Shown here piece after piece: positions 10,385 to 26,048 of a stretch of 64,000 nt of DNA; within the stretch, counting starts at the first letter, position 1, and every line of letters begins with the position of its first letter. Below the pieces are notes generated by a model that saw only the letters and a program-made list of their open reading frames with translations, made no database searches and was not told where the DNA came from. Position numbers and translations under genes: made by a program. The stretch covers positions 5,022,001 to 5,086,000 of the forward strand of contig OZ059896.1 of NCBI GenBank assembly GCA_964057225.1, given 5' to 3'. This stretch comes from Auanema rhodensis. Its lineage: Eukaryota > Animalia > Nematoda.

Positions 10385-13300
10385 ACGTAAATTTCAAAGT
10401 CATGGTTACCATGAACCAATATCAATAAAAATTTGTTTTTAGACTAATATGGACATGGGGAATCTAATTTTGATAACCGCATCTTTTTATCTTTCACGTG
10501 AAGCGAGTTACATACCAGGTGCACATCACGTGTACATTTAATTAGCATAAATTAAAGTTCACGTAAATTTCAAAGTCATGGTTACCATGAACCAATATCA
10601 ATAAAAATTTGTTTTTAGACTAATGTGGACATGGGGAATCTAATTTTGAAAACCGCATCTCTTTATCTTTCAAGTGAAGCGAGTTACATACCAAGTGCAC
10701 ATCACGTGTACATTTAATTAGCATAAATTAAAGTTCACGTAAATTTCAAAGTCATGGTTACCATGAACCAATATCAATAAAAATTTGTTTTTAAACTAAT
10801 ATGGACATGGGGAATCTAATTTAGAAAACCGCATCTCTTTATCTTTCACGTGAAGCGAGTTACATACCTAGTGCACATCACGTGTACATTTAATTAGCAT
10901 AAATTAAAGTTCACGTAAATTTCAAAGTCATGGTTACCATGAACCAATATCAATAAAAATTTGTTTTTAGACTAATTCGGACATGGGGAATCTAATTTTG
11001 AAAACCGCATCTCTTTATCTTTCAAGTGAAGCGAGTTACATACCAAGTGCACATCACGTGTACATTTAATTAGCATAAATTAAAGTTCACGTAAATTTCA
11101 AAGTCATGGTTACCATGAACCAATATCAATAAAAATTTGTTTTTAAACTAATATGGACATGGGGAATCTAATTTTGAAAACCGCATCTCTTTATCTTTCA
11201 CGTGAAGCGAGTTACATACCTAGTGCACATCACGTGTACATTTAATTAGCATAAATTAAAGTTCACGTAAATTTCAAAGTCATGGTTACCATGAACCAAT
11301 ATCAATAAAAATTTGTTTTTAGACTAATAGGGACATGGGGAATCTAATTTTGAAAACCGCATCTCTTTATTTTTCACGTGAAGCGAGTTACATATAAAGT
11401 GCACATCAAGTGTACATTTAATTAGCATAAATTAAAGTTCACGTAAATTTCAAAGTCATGGTTACCATGCACCAATATTAATAAAAATTTGTTTTTAGAC
11501 TAATATGGACATGGGGAATCTAATTTTGAAAACCGCATCTCTTTATCTTTCACGTGAAGCGAGTTACATACCAAGTGCACATCACGTGTACACTTAATTA
11601 GCATAAATTAAAGTTCACGTAAATTTCAAAGTCATGGTTACCATGCACCAATATCAATAAAAATTTGTTTTTAGACTAATATGGACATGGGGAATCTAAT
11701 TTTAAAAACCGCATCTCTTTATCTTTCACGTGAAGCGAGTTACATACCAAGTGCACATCACGTGTACATTTAATTAGCATAAATTAAAGTTCACGTAAAT
11801 TTCAAAGTCATGGTTACCATGAACCAATATCAATAAAAATTTGTTTTTAGACTAATATGGACATGGGGAATCTAATTTTGAAAACTGCATCTCTTTATCT
11901 TTCACGTGAAGCGAGTTACATACCAAGTGCACATCACGTGTACATTTAATTAGCATAAATTAAAGTTCATGTAAATTTCAAAGTCATGGTTACCATGCAC
12001 CAATATCAATAAAAGTTTGTTTTTAGACTAATATGGACATGGGGAATCTAATTTTGAGAACCGCATCTCTTTATCTTTCACGTGAAGCGAGTTACATATA
12101 AAGTGCACATCACGTGTACATTTAATTAGCATAAATTAAAGTTCACGTAAGTTTCAAAGTCATGGTTACCATGAACCAATATCAATAAAAATTTGTTTTT
12201 AGACTAATATGGACATGGGGAATCTAATTTTGAAAACCGCATCTCCTTATCTTTCACGTGAAGCGAGTTACATACCAAGTGCACATCACGTGTACATTTA
12301 ATTAGCATAAATTAAAGTTCACGTAAATTTCAAAGTCATGGTTACCATGAACCAATATCAATAAAAATTTGTTTTTAAACTAATATGGACATGGGGAATC
12401 TAATTTTCAAAACCGCATTTCTTTATCTTTCAAGTGAAGCGAGTTACATACCAAGTGCACATCACGTGTACATTTAATTAGCATAAATTAAAGTTCACGT
12501 AAATTTCAAAGTCATGGTTACCATGAACCAATATCAATAAAAATTTGTTTTTAGACTAATTTGGACATGGGGATTCTAATTTTGAAAACCGCATCTCTTT
12601 ATCTTTCACGTGAAGCGAGTTACATACCTAGTGCACATCACGTGTACATTTAATTAGCATAAATTAAAGTTCACGTAAATTTCAAAGTCATGGTTACCAT
12701 GAACCAATATCAATAAAAATTTGTTTTTAGACTAATTTGGACATGGGGATTCTAATTTTGAAAACCGCATCTCTTTATCTTTCACGTGAAGCGAGTTACA
12801 TACCTAGTGCACATCACGTGTACATTTAATTAGCATAAATTAAAGTTCACGTAAATTTCAAAGTCATGGTTACCATGAACCAATATCAATAAAAATTTGT
12901 TTTTAAACTAATATGGACATGGGGAATCTAATTTTTAAAACCGCATTTCTTTATCTTTCAAGTGAAGCGAGTTACATACCAAGTGCACATCACGTGTACA
13001 TTTAATTAGCATAAATTAAAGTTCACGTAAATTTCAAAGTCATGGTTACCATGAACCAATATCAATAAAAATTTGTTTTCAAACTAATATGGACATGGGG
13101 ATTCTAATTTTGAAAACCGCATCTCTTTATCTTTCACGTGAAGCGAGTTACATACCTAGTGCACATCACGTGTACATTTAATTAGCATAAATTAAAGTTC
13201 ACGTAAATTTCAAAGTCATGGTTACCATGAACCAATATCAATAAAAATTTGTTTTTAGACTAATTTGGACATGGGGAATCTAATTTTGAAAACCGCATCT

Positions 13301-16300
13301 CTTTATCTTTCAAGTGAAGCGAGTTACATACCAAGTGCACATCACGTGTACATTTAATTAGCATAAATTAAAGTTCACGTAAATTTCAAAGTCATGGTTA
13401 CCATGAACCAATATCAATAAAAATTTGTTTTCAAACTAATATGGACATGGGGATTCTAATTTTGAAAACCGCATCTCTTTATCTTTCACGTGAAGCGAGT
13501 TACATACCTAGTGCACATCACGTGTACATTTAATTAGCATAAATTAAAGTTCACGTAAATTTCAAAGTCATGGTTACCATGAACCAATATCAATAAAAAT
13601 TTGTTTTTAGACTAATTTGGACATGGGGAATCTAATTTTGAAAACCGCATCTCTTTATCTTTCAAGTGAAGCGAGTTACATACCAAGTGCACATCACGTG
13701 TACATTTAATTAGCATAAATTAAAGTTCACGTAAATTTCAAAGTCATGGTTACCATGAACCAATATCAATAAAAATTTGTTTTCAAACTAATATGGACAT
13801 GGGGATTCTAATTTTGAAAACCGCATCTCTTTATCTTTCAAGTGAAGCGAGTTACATACCTAGTGCACATCACGTGTACATTTAATTAGCATAAATTAAA
13901 GTTCACGTAAATTTCAAAGTCATGGTTACCATGAACCAATATCAATAAAAATTTGTTTTTAGACTAATTTGGACATGGGGATTCTAATTTTGAAAACCGC
14001 ATCTCTTTATCTTTCACGTGAAGCGAGTTACATACCTAGTGCACATCACGTGTACATTTAATTAGCATAAATTAAAGTTCACGTAAATTTCAAAGTCATG
14101 GTTACCATGAACCAATATCAATAAAAATTTGTTTTTAGACTAATTTGGACATGGGGATTCTAATTTTGAAAACCGCATCTCTTTATCTTTCACGTGAAGC
14201 GAGTTACATACCTAGTGCACATCACGTGTACATTTAATTAGCATAAATTAAAGTTCACGTAAATTTCAAAGTCATGGTTACCATGAACCAATATCGATAA
14301 AAATTTGTTTTTAAACTAATATGGACATGGGGAATCTAATTTTTAAAACCGCATTTCTTTATCTTTCAAGTGAAGCGAGTTACATACCAAGTGCACATCA
14401 CGTGTACATTTAATTAGCATAAATTAAAGTTCACGTAAATTTCAAAGTCATGGTTACCATGAACCAATATCAATAAAAATTTGTTTTTAGACTAATTTGG
14501 ACATGGGGATTCTAATTTTGAAAACCGCATCTCTTTATCTTTCACGTGAAGCGAGTTACATACCTAGTGCACATCACGTGTACATTTAATTAGCATAAAT
14601 TAAAGTTCACGTAAATTTCAAAGTCATGGTTACCATGAACCAATATCAATAAAAATTTGTTTTTAAACTAATATGGACATGGGGAATCTAATTTTGAAAA
14701 CCGCATCTCTTTATCTTTCACGTGAAGCGAGTTACATACCTAGTGCACATCACGTGTACATTTAATTAGCATAAATTAAAGTTCACGTAAATTTCAAAGT
14801 CATGGTTACCATGAACCAATATCAATAAAAATTTGTTTTTAGACTAATTTGGACATGGGGATTCTAATTTTGAAAACCGCATCTCTTTATCTTTCACGTG
14901 AAGCGAGTTACATACCTAGTGCACATCACGTGTACATTTAATTAGCATAAATTAAAGTTCACGTAAATTTCAAAGTCATGGTTACCATGAACCAATATCA
15001 ATAAAAATTTGTTTTTAAACTAATATGGACATGGGGAATCTAATTTTTAAAACCGCATTTCTTTATCTTTCAAGTGAAGTGAGTTACATACCAAGTGCAC
15101 ATCACGTGTACATTTAATTAGCATAAATTAAAGTTCACGTAAATTTCAAAGTCATGGTTACCATGAACCAATATCAATAAAAATTTGTTTTCAAACTAAT
15201 ATGGACATGGGGATTCTAATTTTGAAAACCGCATCTCTTTATCTTTCACGTGAAGCGAGTTACATACCTAGTGCACATCACGTGTACATTTAATTAGCAT
15301 AAATTAAAGTTCACGTAAATTTCAAAGTCATGGTTACCATGAACCAATATCAATAAAAATTTGTTTTTAGACTAATTTGGACATGGGGAATCTAATTTTG
15401 AAAACCGCATCTCTTTATCTTTCAAGTGAAGCGAGTTACATACCAAGTGCACATCACGTGTACATTTAATTAGCATAAATTAAAGTTCACGTAAATTTCA
15501 AAGTCATAGTTACCATGAACCAATATCAATAAAAATTTGTTTTTAAACTAATATGGACATGGGAAATCTAATTTTGAAAACCGCATCTCTTTATCTTTCA
15601 CGTGAAGCGAGTTACATACCTAGTGCACATCACGTGTACATTTAATTAGCATAAGTTAAAGTTCACGTAAATTTCAAAGTCATGGTTACCATGAACCAAT
15701 ATCAATAAAAATTTGTTTTTAGACTAATATGGACATGGGGAATCTAATTTTGAAAACCGCATCTCTTTATCTTTCACGTGAAGCGAGTTACATACCTAGT
15801 GCACATCACGTGTACATTTAATTAGCATAAATTAAAGTTCACGTAAATTTCAAAGTCATGGTTACCATGAACCAATATCAATAAAAATTTGTTTTTAAAC
15901 TAATATGGACATGGGGATTCTAATTTTGAAAACCGCATCTCTTTATCTTTCACGTGAAGCGAGTTACATACCTAGTGCACATCACGTGTACATTTAATTA
16001 GCATAAATTAAAGTTCACGTAAATTTCAAAGTCATGGTTACCATGAACCAATATCGATAAAAATTTGTTTTTAAACTAATATGGACATGGGGAATCTAAT
16101 TTTTAAAACCGCATTTCTTTATCTTTCAAGTGAAGCGAGTTACATACCAAGTGCACATCACGTGTACATTTAATTAGCATAAATTAAAGTTCACGTAAAT
16201 TTCAAAGTCATGGTTACCATGAACCAATATCAATAAAAATTTGTTTTCAAACTAATATGGACATGGGGATTCTAATTTTGAAAACCGCATCTCTTTATCT

Positions 16301-18128
16301 TTCACGTGAAGCGAGTTACATACCTAGTGCACATCACGTGTACATTTAATTAGCATAAATTAAAGTTCACGTAAATTTCAAAGTCATGGTTACCATGAAC
16401 CAATATCAATAAAAATTTGTTTTTAGACTAATTTGGACATGGGGAATCTAATTTTGAAAACCGCATCTCTTTATCTTTCAAGTGAAGCGAGTTACATACC
16501 AAGTGCACATCACGTGTACATTTAATTAGCATAAATTAAAGTTCACGTAAATTTCAAAGTCATGGTTACCATGCACCAATATCAATAAAAATTTGTTTTT
16601 AGACTAATATGGACATGGGGAATCTAATTTTGAAAACCGCATCTCTTTATCTTTCACGTGAAGCGAGTTACATATAAAGTGCACATCACGTGTACATTTA
16701 ATTAGCATAAATTAAAGTTCACGTAAATTTCAAAGTCATGGTTACCATGAACCAATATCAATAAAAATTTGTTTTTAAACTAATATGGACATGGGGATTC
16801 TAATTTTGAAAACCGCATCTCTTTATCTTTCACGTGAAGCGAGTTACATACCTAGTGCACATCACGTGTACATTTAATTAGCATAAATTAAAGTTCACGT
16901 AAATTTCAAAGTCATGGTTACCATGAACCAATATCGATAAAAATTTGTTTTTAAACTAATATGGACATGGGGAATCTAATTTTTAAAACCGCATTTCTTT
17001 ATCTTTCAAGTGAAGCGAGTTACATACCAAGTGCACATCACGTGTACATTTAATTAGCATAAATTAAAGTTCACGTAAATTTCAAAGTCATGGTTACCAT
17101 GAACCAATATCAATAAAAATTTGTTTTCAAACTAATATGGACATGGGGATTCTAATTTTGAAAACCGCATCTCTTTATCTTTCACGTGAAGCGAGTTACA
17201 TACCTAGTGCACATCACGTGTACATTTAATTAGCATAAATTAAAGTTCACGTAAATTTCAAAGTCATGGTTACCATGAACCAATATCAATAAAAATTTGT
17301 TTTTAGACTAATTTGGACATGGGGAATCTAATTTTGAAAACCGCATCTCTTTATCTTTCAAGTGAAGCGAGTTACATACCAAGTGCACATCACGTGTACA
17401 TTTAATTAGCATAAATTAAAGTTCACGTAAATTTCAAAGTCATGGTTACCATGAACCAATATCAATAAAAATTTGTTTTCAAACTAATATGGACATGGGG
17501 ATTCTAATTTTGAAAACCGCATCTCTTTATCTTTCACGTGAAGCGAGTTACATACCTAGTGCACATCACGTGTACATTTAATTAGCATAAATTAAAGTTC
17601 ACGTAAATTTCAAAGTCATGATTACCATGAACCAATATCAATAAAAATTTGTTTTTAGACTAATTTGGACATGGGGAATCTAATTTTGAAAACCGCATCT
17701 CTTTATCTTTCAAGTGAAGCGAGTTACATACCAAGTGCACATCACGTGTACATTTAATTAGCATAAATTAAAGTTCACGTAAATTTCAAAGTCATGGTTA
17801 CCATAAACCAATATCAATAAAAATTTGTTTTTAAACTAATATGGACATGGGGAATCTAATTTTGAAAACCGCATCTCTTTATCTTTCACGTGAAGCGAGT
17901 TACATACCTAGTGCACATCACGTGTACATTTAATTAGCATAAGTTGAAGTTCACGTAAATTTCAAAGTCATGGTTACCATGAACCAATATCAATAAAAAT
18001 TTGTTTTTAAACTAATATGGACATGGGGAATCTAATTTTGAAAACCGCATCTCTTTATCTTTCAAGTGAAGCGAGTTACATACCAAGTGCACATCACGTG
18101 TACATTTAATTAGCATAAATTAAAGTTC

Positions 18129-21100
18129 ACGTAAATTTCAAAGTCATGGTTACCATGAACCAATATCAATAAAAATTTGTTTTCAAACTAATATGGACAT
18201 GGGGATTCTAATTTTGAAAACCGCATCTCTTTATCTTTCACGTGAAGCGAGTTACATACCTAGTGCACATCACGTGTACATTTAATTAGCATAAATTAAA
18301 GTTCACGTAAATTTCAAAGTCATGGTTACCATGAACCAATATCAATAAAAATTTGTTTTTAGACTAATTTGGACATGGGGAATCTAATTTTGAAAACCGC
18401 ATCTCTTTATCTTTCAAGTGAAGCGAGTTACATACCAAGTGCACATCACGTGTACATTTAATTAGCATAAATTAAAGTTCACGTAAATTTCAAAGTCATA
18501 GTTACCATGAACCAATATCAATAAAAATTTGTTTCTAAACTAATATGGACATGGGAAATCTAATTTTGAAAACCGCATCTCTTTATCTTTCACGTGAAGC
18601 GAGTTACATACCTAGTGCACATCACGTGTACATTTAATTAGCATAAGTTAAAGTTCACGTAAATTTCAAAGTCATGGTTACCATGAACCAATATCAATAA
18701 AAATTTGTTTTTAGACTAATATGGACATGGGGAATCTAATTTTGAAAACCGCATCTCTTTATCTTTCACGTGAAGCGAGTTACATATAAAGTGCACATCA
18801 CGTGTACATTTAATTAGCATAAATTAAAGTTCACGTAAATTTCAAAGTCATGGTTACCATGAACCAATATCAATAAAAATTTGTTTTTAAACTAATATGG
18901 ACATGGGGATTCTAATTTTGAAAACCGCATCTCTTTATCTTTAACGTGAAGCGAGTTACATACCTAGTGCACATCACGTGTACATTTAATTAGCATAAAT
19001 TAAAGTTCACGTAAATTTCAAAGTCATGGTTACCATGAACCAATATCAATAAAAATTTGTTTTTAGACTAATTTGGACATGGGGATTCTAATTTTGAAAA
19101 CCGCATCTCTTTATCTTTCACGTGAAGCGAGTTACATACCTAGTGCACATCACGTGTACATTTAATTAGCATAAATTAAAGTTCACGTAAATTTCAAAGT
19201 CATGGTTACCATGAACCAATATCAATAAAAATTTGTTTTTAAACTAATATGGACATGGGGAATCTAATTTTGAAAACCGCATCTCTTTATCTTTCACGTG
19301 AAGCGAGTTACATACCTAGTGCACATCACGTGTACATTTAATTAGCATAAATTAAAGTTCACTTAAATTTCAAAGTCATGGTTACCATGCACCAATATCA
19401 ATAAAAATTTGTTTTTAGACTAATATGGACATGGGGAATCTAATTTTGAAAACCGCATCTCTTTATCTTTCACGTGAAGCGAGTTACATACCAAGTGCAC
19501 ATCACGTGTACATTTAATTAGCATAAATTAAAGTTCACGTAAATTTCAAAGTCATGGTTACCATGAACCAATATCAATAAAAATTTGTTTTTAAACTAAT
19601 ATGGACATGGGGAATCTAATTTTGAAAACCGCATCTCTTTATCTTTCAAGTGAAGCGAGTTACATACCAAGTGCACATCACGTGTACATTTAATTAGCAT
19701 AAATTAAAGTTCACGTAAATTTCAAAGTCATGGTTACCATGAACCAATATCAATAAAAATTTGTTTTTAGACTAATTTGGACATGGGGATTCTAATTTTG
19801 AAAACCGCATCTCTTTATCTTTCACGTGAAGCGAGTTACATACCTAGTGCACATCACGTGTACATTTAATTAGCATAAATTAAAGTTCACGTAAATTTCA
19901 AAGTCATGGTTACCATGAACCAATATCAATAAAAATTTGTTTTTAAACTAATATGGACATGGGGAATCTAATTTTTAAAACCGCATTTCTTTATCTTTCA
20001 AGTGAAGTGAGTTACATACCAAGTGCACATCACGTGTACATTTAATTAGCATAAATTAAAGTTCACGTAAATTTCAAAGTCATGGTTACCATGAACCAAT
20101 ATCAATAAAAATTTGTTTTCAAACTAATATGGACATGGGGATTCTAATTTTGAAAACCGCATCTCTTTATCTTTCACGTGAAGCGAGTTACATACCTAGT
20201 GCACATCACGTGTACATTTAATTAGCATAAATTAAAGTTCACGTAAATTTCAAAGTCATGGTTACCATGAACCAATATCAATAAAAATTTGTTTTTAGAC
20301 TAATTTGGACATGGGGAATCTAATTTTGAAAACCGCATCTCTTTATCTTTCAAGTGAAGCGAGTTACATACCAAGTGCACATCACGTGTACATTTAATTA
20401 GCATAAATTAAAGTTCACGTAAATTTCAAAGTCATAGTTACCATGAACCAATATCAATAAAAATTTGTTTCTAAACTAATATGGACATGGGAAATCTAAT
20501 TTTGAAAACCGCATCTCTTTATCTTTCACGTGAAGCGAGTTACATACCTAGTGCACATCACGTGTACATTTAATTAGCATAAGTTAAAGTTCACGTAAAT
20601 TTCAAAGTCATGGTTACCATGAACCAATATCAATAAAAATTTGTTTTTAGACTAATATGGACATGGGGAATCTAATTTTGAAAACCGCATCTCTTTATCT
20701 TTCACGTGAAGCGAGTTACATATAAAGTGCACATCACGTGTACATTTAATTAGCATAAATTAAAGTTCACGTAAATTTCAAAGTCATGGTTACCATGAAC
20801 CAATATCAATAAAAATTTGTTTTTAAACTAATATGGACATGGGGATTCTAATTTTGAAAACCGCATCTCTTTATCTTTAACGTGAAGCGAGTTACATACC
20901 TAGTGCACATCACGTGTACATTTAATTAGCATAAATTAAAGTTCACGTAAATTTCAAAGTCATGGTTACCATGAACCAATATCAATAAAAATTTGTTTTT
21001 AGACTAATTTGGACATGGGGATTCTAATTTTGAAAACCGCATCTCTTTATCTTTCACGTGAAGCGAGTTACATACCTAGTGCACATCACGTGTACATTTA

Positions 21101-21648
21101 ATTAGCATAAATTAAAGTTCACGTAAATTTCAAAGTCATGGTTACCATGAACCAATATCAATAAAAATTTGTTTTTAAACTAATATGGACATGGGGAATC
21201 TAATTTTGAAAACCGCATCTCTTTATCTTTCACGTGAAGCGAGTTACATACCTAGTGCACATCACGTGTACATTTAATTAGCATAAATTAAAGTTCACTT
21301 AAATTTCAAAGTCATGGTTACCATGCACCAATATCAATAAAAATTTGTTTTTAGACTAATATGGACATGGGGAATCTAATTTTGAAAACCGCATCTCTTT
21401 ATCTTTCACGTGAAGCGAGTTACATACCAAGTGCACATCACGTGTACATTTAATTAGCATAAATTAAAGTTCACGTAAATTTCAAAGTCATGGTTACCAT
21501 GAACCAATATCAATAAAAATTTGTTTTTAAACTAATATGGACATGGGGAATCTAATTTTGAAAACCGCATCTCTTTATCTTTCAAGTGAAGCGAGTTACA
21601 TACCAAGTGCACATCACGTGTACATTTAATTAGCATAAATTAAAGTTC
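18129..21648 (+). repeat. Tandem higher-order duplication, period 11 monomers (1936 bp)
   Basis: C111A at 18943 and 20879; G20A+T55C+G76A monomer at M106 and M117; G3T monomer at M111 and M122. Confidence 0.88.
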
Positions 21649-24600
21649 ACGTAAATTTCAAAGTCATGGTTACCATGAACCAATATCAATAAAAATTTGT
21701 TTTCAAACTAATATGGACATGGGGATTCTAATTTTGAAAACCGCATCTCTTTATCTTTCACGTGAAGCGAGTTACATACCTAGTGCACATCACGTGTACA
21801 TTTAATTAGCATAAATTAAAGTTCACGTAAATTTCAAAGTCATGGTTACCATGAACCAATATCAATAAAAATTTGTTTTTAGACTAAATTGGACATGGGG
21901 AATCTAATTTTGAAAACCGCATCTCTTTATCTTTCAAGTGAAGCGAGTTACATACCAAGTGCACATCACGTGTACATTTAATTAGCATAAATTAAAGTTC
22001 ACGTAAATTTCAAAGTCATGGTTACCATGAACCAATATCAATAAAAATTTGTTTTTAAACTAATATGGACATGGGGAATCTAATTTTGAAAACCGCATCT
22101 CTTTATCTTTCACGTGAAGCGAGTTACATACCTAGTGCACATCACGTGTACATTTAATTAGCATAAGTTGAAGTTCACGTAAATTTCAAAGTCATGGTTA
22201 CCATGAACCAATATCAATGAAAATTTGTTTTTAGACTAATATGGACATGGGGAATCTAATTTTGAAAACCGCATCTCTTTATCTTTCACGTGAAGCGAGT
22301 TACATATAAAGTGCACATCACGTGTACATTTAATTAGCATAAATTAAAGTTCACGTAAATTTCAAAGTCATGGTTACCATGAACCAATATCAATAAAAAT
22401 TTGTTTTCAAACTAATATGGACATGGGGAATCTAATTTTGAAAACCGCTTCTCTTTATCTTTCAAGTGAAGCGAGTTACATACCAAGTGCACATCACGTG
22501 TACATTTAATTAGCATAAATTAAAGTTCACGTAAATTTCAAAGTCATGGTTACCATGAACCAATATCAATAAAAATTTGTTTTTAGACTAATTTGGACAT
22601 GGGGAATCTAATTTTGAAAACCGCATCTCTTTATCTTTCAAGTGAAGCGAGTTACATACCAAGTGCACATCACGTGTACATTTAATTAGCATAAATTAAA
22701 GTTCACGTAAATTTCAAAGTCATGGTTACCATGAACCAATATCAATAAAAATTCGTTTTTAAACTAATATGGACATGGGGAATCTGATTTTGAAAACCGC
22801 ATCTCTTTATCTTTCACGTGAAGCGAGTTACATACCTAGTGCACATCACGTGTACATTTAATTAGCATAAGTTGAAGTTCACGTAAATTTCAAAGTCAGG
22901 GTTACCATGAATCAATATCAATGAAAATTTGTTTTTAGACTAATATGGACATGGGGAATCTAATTTTGAAAACCGCATCTCTTTATCTTTCACGTGAAGC
23001 GAGTTACATATAAAGTGCACATCACGTGTACATTTAATTAGCATAAATTAAAGTTCACGTAAATTTCAAAGTCATGGTTACCATGAACCAATATCAATAA
23101 AAATTTGTTTTTAAACTAATATGGACATGGGGAATCTAATTTTGAAAACCGCATCTCTTTATCTTTCAAGTGAAGCGAGTTACATACCTAGTGCACATCA
23201 CGTGTACATTTAATTAGCATAAATTAAAGTTCACGTAAATTTCAAAGTCATGGTTACCATGAACCAATATCAATAAAAATTTGTTTTTAGACTAATTTGG
23301 ACATGGGGATTCTAATTTTGAAAACCGCATCTCTTTATCTTTCAAGTGAAGCGAGTTACATACCAAGTGCACATCACGTGTACATTTAATTAGCATAAAT
23401 TAAAGTTCACGTAAATTTCAAAGTCATGGTTACCATGAACCAATATCAATAAAAATTTGTTTTTAAACTAATATGGACATGGGGAATCTAATTTTGAAAA
23501 CCGCATCTCTTTATCTTTCAAGTGAAGCGAGTTACATACCAAGTGCACATCACGTGTACATTTAATTAGCATAAATTAAAGTTCACGTAAATTTCAAAGT
23601 CATGGTTACCATGAACCAATATCAATAAAAATTTGTTTTCAAACTAATATGGACATGGGGATTCTAATTTTGAAAACCGCATCTCTTTATCTTTCACGTG
23701 AAGCGAGTTACATACCTAGTGCACATCACGTGTACATTTAATTAGCATAAATTAAAGTTCACGTAAATTTCAAAGTCATGGTTACCATGAACCAATATCA
23801 ATAAAAATTTGTTTTTAGACTAAATTGGACATGGGGAATCTAATTTTGAAAACCGCATCTCTTTATCTTTCAAGTGAAGCGAGTTACATACCAAGTGCAC
23901 ATCACGTGTACATTTAATTAGCATAAATTAAAGTTCACGTAAATTTCAAAGTCATGGTTACCATGAACCAATATCAATAAAAATTTGTTTTTAGACTAAA
24001 TTGGACATGGGGAATCTAATTTTGAAAACCGCATCTCTTTATCTTTCAAGTGAAGCGAGTTACATACCAAGTGCACATCACGTGTACATTTAATTAGCAT
24101 AAATTAAAGTTCACGTAAATTTCAAAGTCATGGTTACCATGAACCAATATCAATAAAAATTTGTTTTTAAACTAATATGGACATGGGGAATCTAATTTTG
24201 AAAACCGCATCTCTTTATCTTTCACGTGAAGCGAGTTACATACCTAGTGCACATCACGTGTACATTTAATTAGCATAAGTTGAAGTTCACGTAAATTTCA
24301 AAGTCATGGTTACCATGAACCAATATCAATGAAAATTTGTTTTTAGACTAATATGGACATGGGGAATCTAATTTTGAAAACCGCATCTCTTTATCTTTCA
24401 CGTGAAGCGAGTTACATATAAAGTGCACATCACGTGTACATTTAATTAGCATAAATTAAAGTTCACGTAAATTTCAAAGTCATGGTTACCATGAACCAAT
24501 ATCAATAAAAATTTGTTTTCAAACTAATATGGACATGGGGAATCTAATTTTGAAAACCGCTTCTCTTTATCTTTCAAGTGAAGCGAGTTACATACCAAGT

Positions 24601-25520
24601 GCACATCACGTGTACATTTAATTAGCATAAATTAAAGTTCACGTAAATTTCAAAGTCATGGTTACCATGAACCAATATCAATAAAAATTTGTTTTTAGAC
24701 TAATTTGGACATGGGGAATCTAATTTTGAAAACCGCATCTCTTTATCTTTCAAGTGAAGCGAGTTACATACCAAGTGCACATCACGTGTACATTTAATTA
24801 GCATAAATTAAAGTTCACGTAAATTTCAAAGTCATGGTTACCATGAACCAATATCAATAAAAATTCGTTTTTAAACTAATATGGACATGGGGAATCTGAT
24901 TTTGAAAACCGCATCTCTTTATCTTTCACGTGAAGCGAGTTACATACCTAGTGCACATCACGTGTACATTTAATTAGCATAAGTTGAAGTTCACGTAAAT
25001 TTCAAAGTCAGGGTTACCATGAATCAATATCAATGAAAATTTGTTTTTAGACTAATATGGACATGGGGAATCTAATTTTGAAAACCGCATCTCTTTATCT
25101 TTCACGTGAAGCGAGTTACATATAAAGTGCACATCACGTGTACATTTAATTAGCATAAATTAAAGTTCACGTAAATTTCAAAGTCATGGTTACCATGAAC
25201 CAATATCAATAAAAATTTGTTTTTAAACTAATATGGACATGGGGAATCTAATTTTGAAAACCGCATCTCTTTATCTTTCAAGTGAAGCGAGTTACATACC
25301 TAGTGCACATCACGTGTACATTTAATTAGCATAAATTAAAGTTCACGTAAATTTCAAAGTCATGGTTACCATGAACCAATATCAATAAAAATTTGTTTTT
25401 AGACTAATTTGGACATGGGGATTCTAATTTTGAAAACCGCATCTCTTTATCTTTCACGTGAAGCGAGTTACATACCTAGTGCACATCACGTGTACATTTA
25501 ATTAGCATAAATTAAAGTTC
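21473..25520 (+). repeat. Tandem duplication of an 11-monomer unit plus one extra duplicated monomer (effective period 12, 2112 bp)
   Basis: T19G at 22899 and 25011; A97T and T50C+A82G monomers repeat at the same offset; the TAAATTGG monomer occurs once (M125), then twice in a row (M136, M137). Confidence 0.86.
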
Positions 25521-26048
25521 ACGTAAATTTCAAAGTCATGGTTACCATTAACCAATATCAATAAAAATTAGTTTTTAGACTAATTTGGACATGGGGATTC
25601 TAATTTTGAAAACCGCATCTCTTTATCTTTCACGTGAAGCGAGTTACATACCTAGTGCACATCACGTGTACACTTAATTAGCATAAATTAAAGTTCACGT
25701 TAATTTCAAAGTCATGGTTACCATGAACCAATATCAATAAAAATTTGTTTTTAGACTAATATGGACATGGGGAATCTAATTTTGAAAACCGCATCTCTTT
25801 ATCTTTCACGTGAAGCGAGTTACATACCTAGTGCACATCACGTGTACATTTAATTAGCATAAGTTGAAGTTCACGTAAATTTCAAAGTCATGGTTACCAT
25901 GAATCAATATCAATGAAAATTTGTTTTTAGACTAATTTGGACATGGGGATTCTAATTTTGAAAACCGCATCTCTTTATCTTTCACGTGAAGCGAGTTACA
26001 TACCTAGTGCACATCACGTGTACATTTAATTAGCATAAATTAAAGTTC

